DNA from: Zygnema circumcarinatum SAG 698-1b
Taxonomy: Eukaryota > Plantae > Zygnematophyceae
Direction of reading: 5' to 3'
NCBI GenBank assembly: GCA_037447605.1
Contig: CM074815.1
Coordinates: forward strand, 1,922,001 to 1,986,000
Length of the DNA stretch: 64,000 bases
Made by a program: the position numbers and the translations under genes. Below, piece by piece: positions 59,461-64,000 of the stretch (within the stretch, counting starts at the first letter, position 1; each line of letters opens with the position of its first letter). Below the pieces are notes generated by a model, which was not told where the DNA came from, did not search any database, and saw only the letters and a list, made by a program, of their open reading frames with translations.

Positions 59461-62400
59461 ATGGCTTCGTCTGAAGCAGCTGCGAAGCTGCGGGAACTTC
59501 AAGCGGCTCCAGGAAACAAAGTATGCGTTGATTGCAGTCAGAAGAATCCGCAATGGGCGTCGGTATCATACGGCATTTTCATGTGCCTTGAATGTTCCGG
59601 AAAGCATCGCGGCCTTGGAGTGCATATCTCCTTCGTTCGATCCGTCACAATGGATTCCTGGTCCGATATTAATCTGCGGAAGATGCATGCAGGAGGCAAC
59701 CTCGCCCTGAACGAGTTCTTCAATCAGTATGGCGTTCCAAAGGAGACGGAAATTGTAACAAAGTATAACTGTAAGGCTGCTGAGATCTATCGCCAGAAGA
59801 TTCAAGCCCTTGCTGAAGGCAGACATTGGAGCGCTCCTCCTGTTGAAAGGGTTGTGCTTTCAAGAGCACCTTCTAATACTTCAAATGCTCGAGCGGCTAC
59901 GAGGGCGAGTCCAGGCGGATTTGGAAGCTCCGACAGCTGGGATGACTGGGGGGACGGTTCTCAAAACGAGAACATGCGCAGAAATCAGTCTGCAAGGGAG
60001 TTTTCAAGCAACCGGCGAGAATCAGCGACTCATAAAACCCCTTCTAGTGGGGACTTGTATAGCAAATCGCAGCTGGAAGCATCAGCTTCCAGGAAGGAGA
60101 CTTTCTTTGCTCAAAAGCAAGCTGAGAATGCGTCACGTCCGGAGGGTATTCCTCCGAGTCAGGGCGGCAAATATGTCGGTTTTGGTTCTGCTCCAACGAA
60201 ACCATCCTCCAGCAGGTCTATGGCCGACGACGATGTCCTTACAAACACCGTTAGTGCCGTCTCAAAGGTGCTTTCCATCCTCTTGACCTGCATCTATTTT
60301 GCATGCTTGTTCTGTCCGCTTGTTGCTTGTCCGCTTGTCCGTCTGTCTGCTTGTTGTTGTTGCATCCGTGTGTACGCACAATTCGTTCTGAGATAGATGA
60401 ACGATCTGCATTTAACAACGACAAATTAATTCTTGCAGTCCGTGGGGGTTGCACCGCAAGCTAATTATGTTGCAAGCGTTTCTTTTCATGTCTACGAGGA
60501 TTATAGGTGTATGGAGTAGTGAGAATGCTATCATCAACAAACCCAAAGTGTCAAGTCGCACTTTCGGTCTGCGCTTGTTTCTCATTACTTTTGCTTTGCC
60601 TTGTTGTAGGGTTTTCGGACCTTGTCTACCGTGGCAGTCAGTGCTGCAGCTTCAGCTGCAGTTGCGGTGCAAGAGGGCACAAAAGAAATCCAGGCCAAGG
60701 TGAGTTCGCCCTTCCATTTATTGCCAACTAGCTGACTTAAGTCAGAGATTAACTCGCCCCTTTAATCCTCCCCTTTCTTCCCCAGTTTTCTCATTCCAAA
60801 GGAGATTTCTTGGACCCTCCTTTTCCAGTTATTGCTTTATTATCTTACCGCGTAGGACTTGACAAAGCTTGTCAACACGGAAGTTCAGGGAGCATTCAGA
60901 TCTGGTTGCATGAAGCAGAGTCTTTTGTATCTGTTTTTTTTTTAAACTGCAGCATGCTTATGGGAGGTCTTTGGGACTTTACCGTATCGGGTATACTGGA
61001 AATTTGTTGCAGTGTTTGATTTCTAATTGAGGTATGCTAAAGTTCGCTGTGATTTGGACTCTATAGACTGGTTACTCCTGGCTGCCCTTAGAAGCCATTC
61101 CATTTTGTTTGGGTTGCAATATGTGAATAAAGTTTAGAAATAGTCCATAGTGACGTTTCTTACGGCGAAGCGGCAGAAGTGTCTGTTGTTTCTAATCCCT
61201 ATAGCATGTAAGTTAGCTTGGTTACTATTCATCCATTTCTGATTGTCATTTAGAAGCTAGAGTCACGATCATCAAAATTGCCCAATGCTGTTCTATACTA
61301 TGCGTGCTGGATTTGGTTTGTTTGAAAGTGAACTGTCTGCGTCTTCCATTTTCCCCACATTCTTCTTCAACACCCCTAATCTGTTCCATTGCCGATCTCC
61401 CACTCTTGAACCAAACAACCTTCCCCCCATCCCCCCTTCTTCCTAAACCGCTTAGAGCCTGGTATACAGTGCCTCAGTCTTAGGTCCTCTTAGGCTTACT
61501 CTACCAAACTAGTGCAATACAATGGTGTAGCTGACGGCTTTCTCGTTGAAATGAGGGTAAAGGTGCTCGTGGGTAAGTAGTAGATAAGTGGGATGATTTT
61601 TCTAGCGCTTCACCATGACATGCAACTTAGAAAACTTCATAAAGAGAGTAAAGTGAAATGAATATTTTTTTGGCATGCTGTCAGCTTTCATCCCAAAATC
61701 TAATGATCCAAGTGATTCATTTAACTGTCTGAGAGGATTTTTAGGTTAATTTATTGGTATGTCTCTTGGCTGCCGGATGACGTCTGCAAGTCGACCAATC
61801 TTAGTGATAGTTAATAATTTCTACTGAATATTTTCTGGGTTTGGATCATGGATCTGACCATTTCAAATTTTTTTCTGCAGGTGAAGGAGGGTGGCTACGA
61901 TAAGCAGGCTATGGAGACAGCCTCTGTAGTAGCAGCGAAAACTACAGAAGTCGGGCACAAAGCGTGGACCTTTGTGAAGGCATTTGCCGTAGCTGCAACG
62001 CAGCACGTGGAAAATTATACGAAGGATTCAAATGATCAGTCTGCGTTTGGAGTGCAGACAAGGAACCAAAATGGGTTTTTAAGTTATGATAAGAGTACTG
62101 AGGAGGAGAACGACAATTTGGTGAGGGGGGGAGGCGGGAATTGGAATGATAGCAACATACGGGGAAGTCAGCGAAGTACGACCAGTGGTAGTAGAAAGGC
62201 AGAGGATGAATGGGACAATTGGGGCTCCGGTAATAGGAGCAGCGCAGGCCCTCGAAGTACTGGTTGGGGTGGATGGGAGGATGAGAATGGAGGGTCTGAG
62301 AGGAAGACACAGACGGGTGGATCAGGGAGAGACTTTCAGCAGGCAGAAACAGCTACTAACAGAGTGAGTGGTTCAACTGCAACAGGTGGAAAGAGTGGTG

Positions 62401-62516
62401 GGGATACATGGGCTGGATGGGATGATGCGGAGGACAAGGAGGAGGATGTGCGGGGAGGGGGAGGAGGTAGCAAGAATAATGTGTCGGACTGGGACGACTG
62501 GGGAGACTCGAAGTGA
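59461..62516 (+). CDS. AGD7: ADP-ribosylation factor GTPase-activating protein (ArfGAP1 / AGD6-AGD7 type); exons 59461-60267, 60610-60699, 61881-62516
   Basis: [50 protein letters not shown] zinc finger; [11 protein letters not shown]; C-terminal W/D/G-rich repeats. The symbol could equally be AGD6. Confidence 0.93.
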
Positions 62517-64000
62517 ACAGGTGGAGGGTTGAAGTGAGGCCCTTTCCTGAGATCGATTCGATTTTGACGTCTTTCACACCACTTAGCATGTTTTGAGGAG
62601 GGGGGAGAAGGAGGGGAGAGAGAGGGGAGAGAGAGAAGAGAGATTCGCAGTCAGGGATGTGGGCGAGAGGCTGGAAATTGACTCCCACTCAACTTATTCC
62701 CCACAAGTGAATGGCAGCATAAGTATTCATAAGTGGCCGTCATGCTATCAACTGCATGATCGTCCCTGTGAGCATCTCATTGCTTTTGACGTACTAGGTG
62801 AAATTGTTGGAAAATGCAGAACTGGACAGGAAACTGTGATCGAATAGAGAACAGAGATAACCCCGATTGCTGCAGCTATACAGGCGCTGCATCTTGGTTG
62901 CTTAAGCAGAGTCCTAATGATAAGCTTAGTTCATTTAGTTAGACCAGGCAGGAGTTGGAATTAAAGGGCCGCCTTTGACATCGAAAGGATGTAGCTGTTT
63001 TCCTCATTAAAATATTGACTTTTGGGAGGTGCCCATATTCAGTAAATTGTAATTTTTTCCACCGAATTTTCGGTGGGCTCTCCCTTGGCTTTGGGCCGTT
63101 GTGACTGGCGGAGACGTGCATCCATCCTCAACTCCGAGGGAGGCAGCGAGGATGCCATTCCTTTCCAAGGAGTGCTGAAGGCAAAAGCCGTTCCCTTAAC
63201 CACAGTCATAACAGCTTTGTTCTATTTATTTGAGTGCCCCCCGAATGATACGTCGGGTTTCCATGTTCCCCTATAACGTAAATCCGTGACAAACGATTAT
63301 TTTCATGAGCTTGTGTTGCGAATTCTATGAGGAATATGCGCAACTGGATGTGCACATATGTTCGAGTCGGCATTTCAGTGGTCTGCAACATTACGGGATG
63401 ATATTCAACAACAGCTGTAACATCACATCATCTCTCACATTGTCTCACATTGACCTGGTGTCATTACATGTTATCTTATGTATTTGAATATCAGGGGTTA
63501 TGGCAGTGACTCCATGACACATACATGCATTGTCATGTCAAAATGGCAGGGCATGGGGCAGCATGAATGCCAGATTCAAACCAACCAACAAAACAAAGCT
63601 CGCTCGCCGTGAAAGGAAAGTAGAAAAAACAGTTTGAACCATATACATTACCAGGAAGTGCTCCTCCTTCAGACGTGATTCGTACGCATGGCAATGCAGT
63701 GTTGGCTGACACTGAACTGTACAGTCAACACGATGCGACATATGAAAGCATATACAATACAAGAACCAAAAGACAAGTAGAAAAGGAGAGCAAAACAAGT
63801 ATCAGAGGAAACCGAACCATTGCTTTTGCCACAAACATGAGGTAATCAGGTGTATGAGAAGGCCGAGATGTTGCTCGGCTCTTAACGTACATCTACACAG
63901 CGTTCAGCACAGCAAGGTGATCGCAATAAGGAGTTGAGGAAGCTTCTGCTCTCCGATGTTTCCTTCACACCGAGGAGATGCTCTCCCCTTTTGCACACTT

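Noticed and set aside
62939-64000. Possible 3' exons of a minus-strand gene entering from the right edge
   Set aside because: Short open frames without a recognisable motif; cannot be supported from this window.

Overview
Gene-dense, intron-containing eukaryotic nuclear DNA. The gene set looks like a streptophyte green lineage, probably a charophyte-type alga; this is inferred from gene content, not demonstrated. I reconstructed 12 protein-coding genes by hand from GT/GC-AG boundaries and remembered family motifs: a tandem uridine-kinase/CYTH protein (partial), the TFIIB-related factor PBRP1, HRD1 E3 ligase, SmD2, an NB-ARC-TPR STAND protein, an Em-type LEA protein, an ankyrin/coiled-coil protein, a GT14-like (DUF266) glycosyltransferase, a PhnP-like metallo-beta-lactamase hydrolase, a Cys-less pentameric ligand-gated ion channel and an ArfGAP. 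The ankyrin and coiled-coil parts may be one gene or two, which gives 11 or 12. Non-coding structure includes an 85-bp hairpin satellite, a 1.85-kb foldback element with a distant fragment, a 37-bp minisatellite and degenerate TTAGGG tracts. The strongest leads are the complete pLGIC (a family not known from land plants), the NLR-like NB-ARC-TPR protein with an unassignable N-terminal domain, and a duplicated splice acceptor in HRD1 that would truncate the protein. No database searches were run; family calls rest on recalled motifs.
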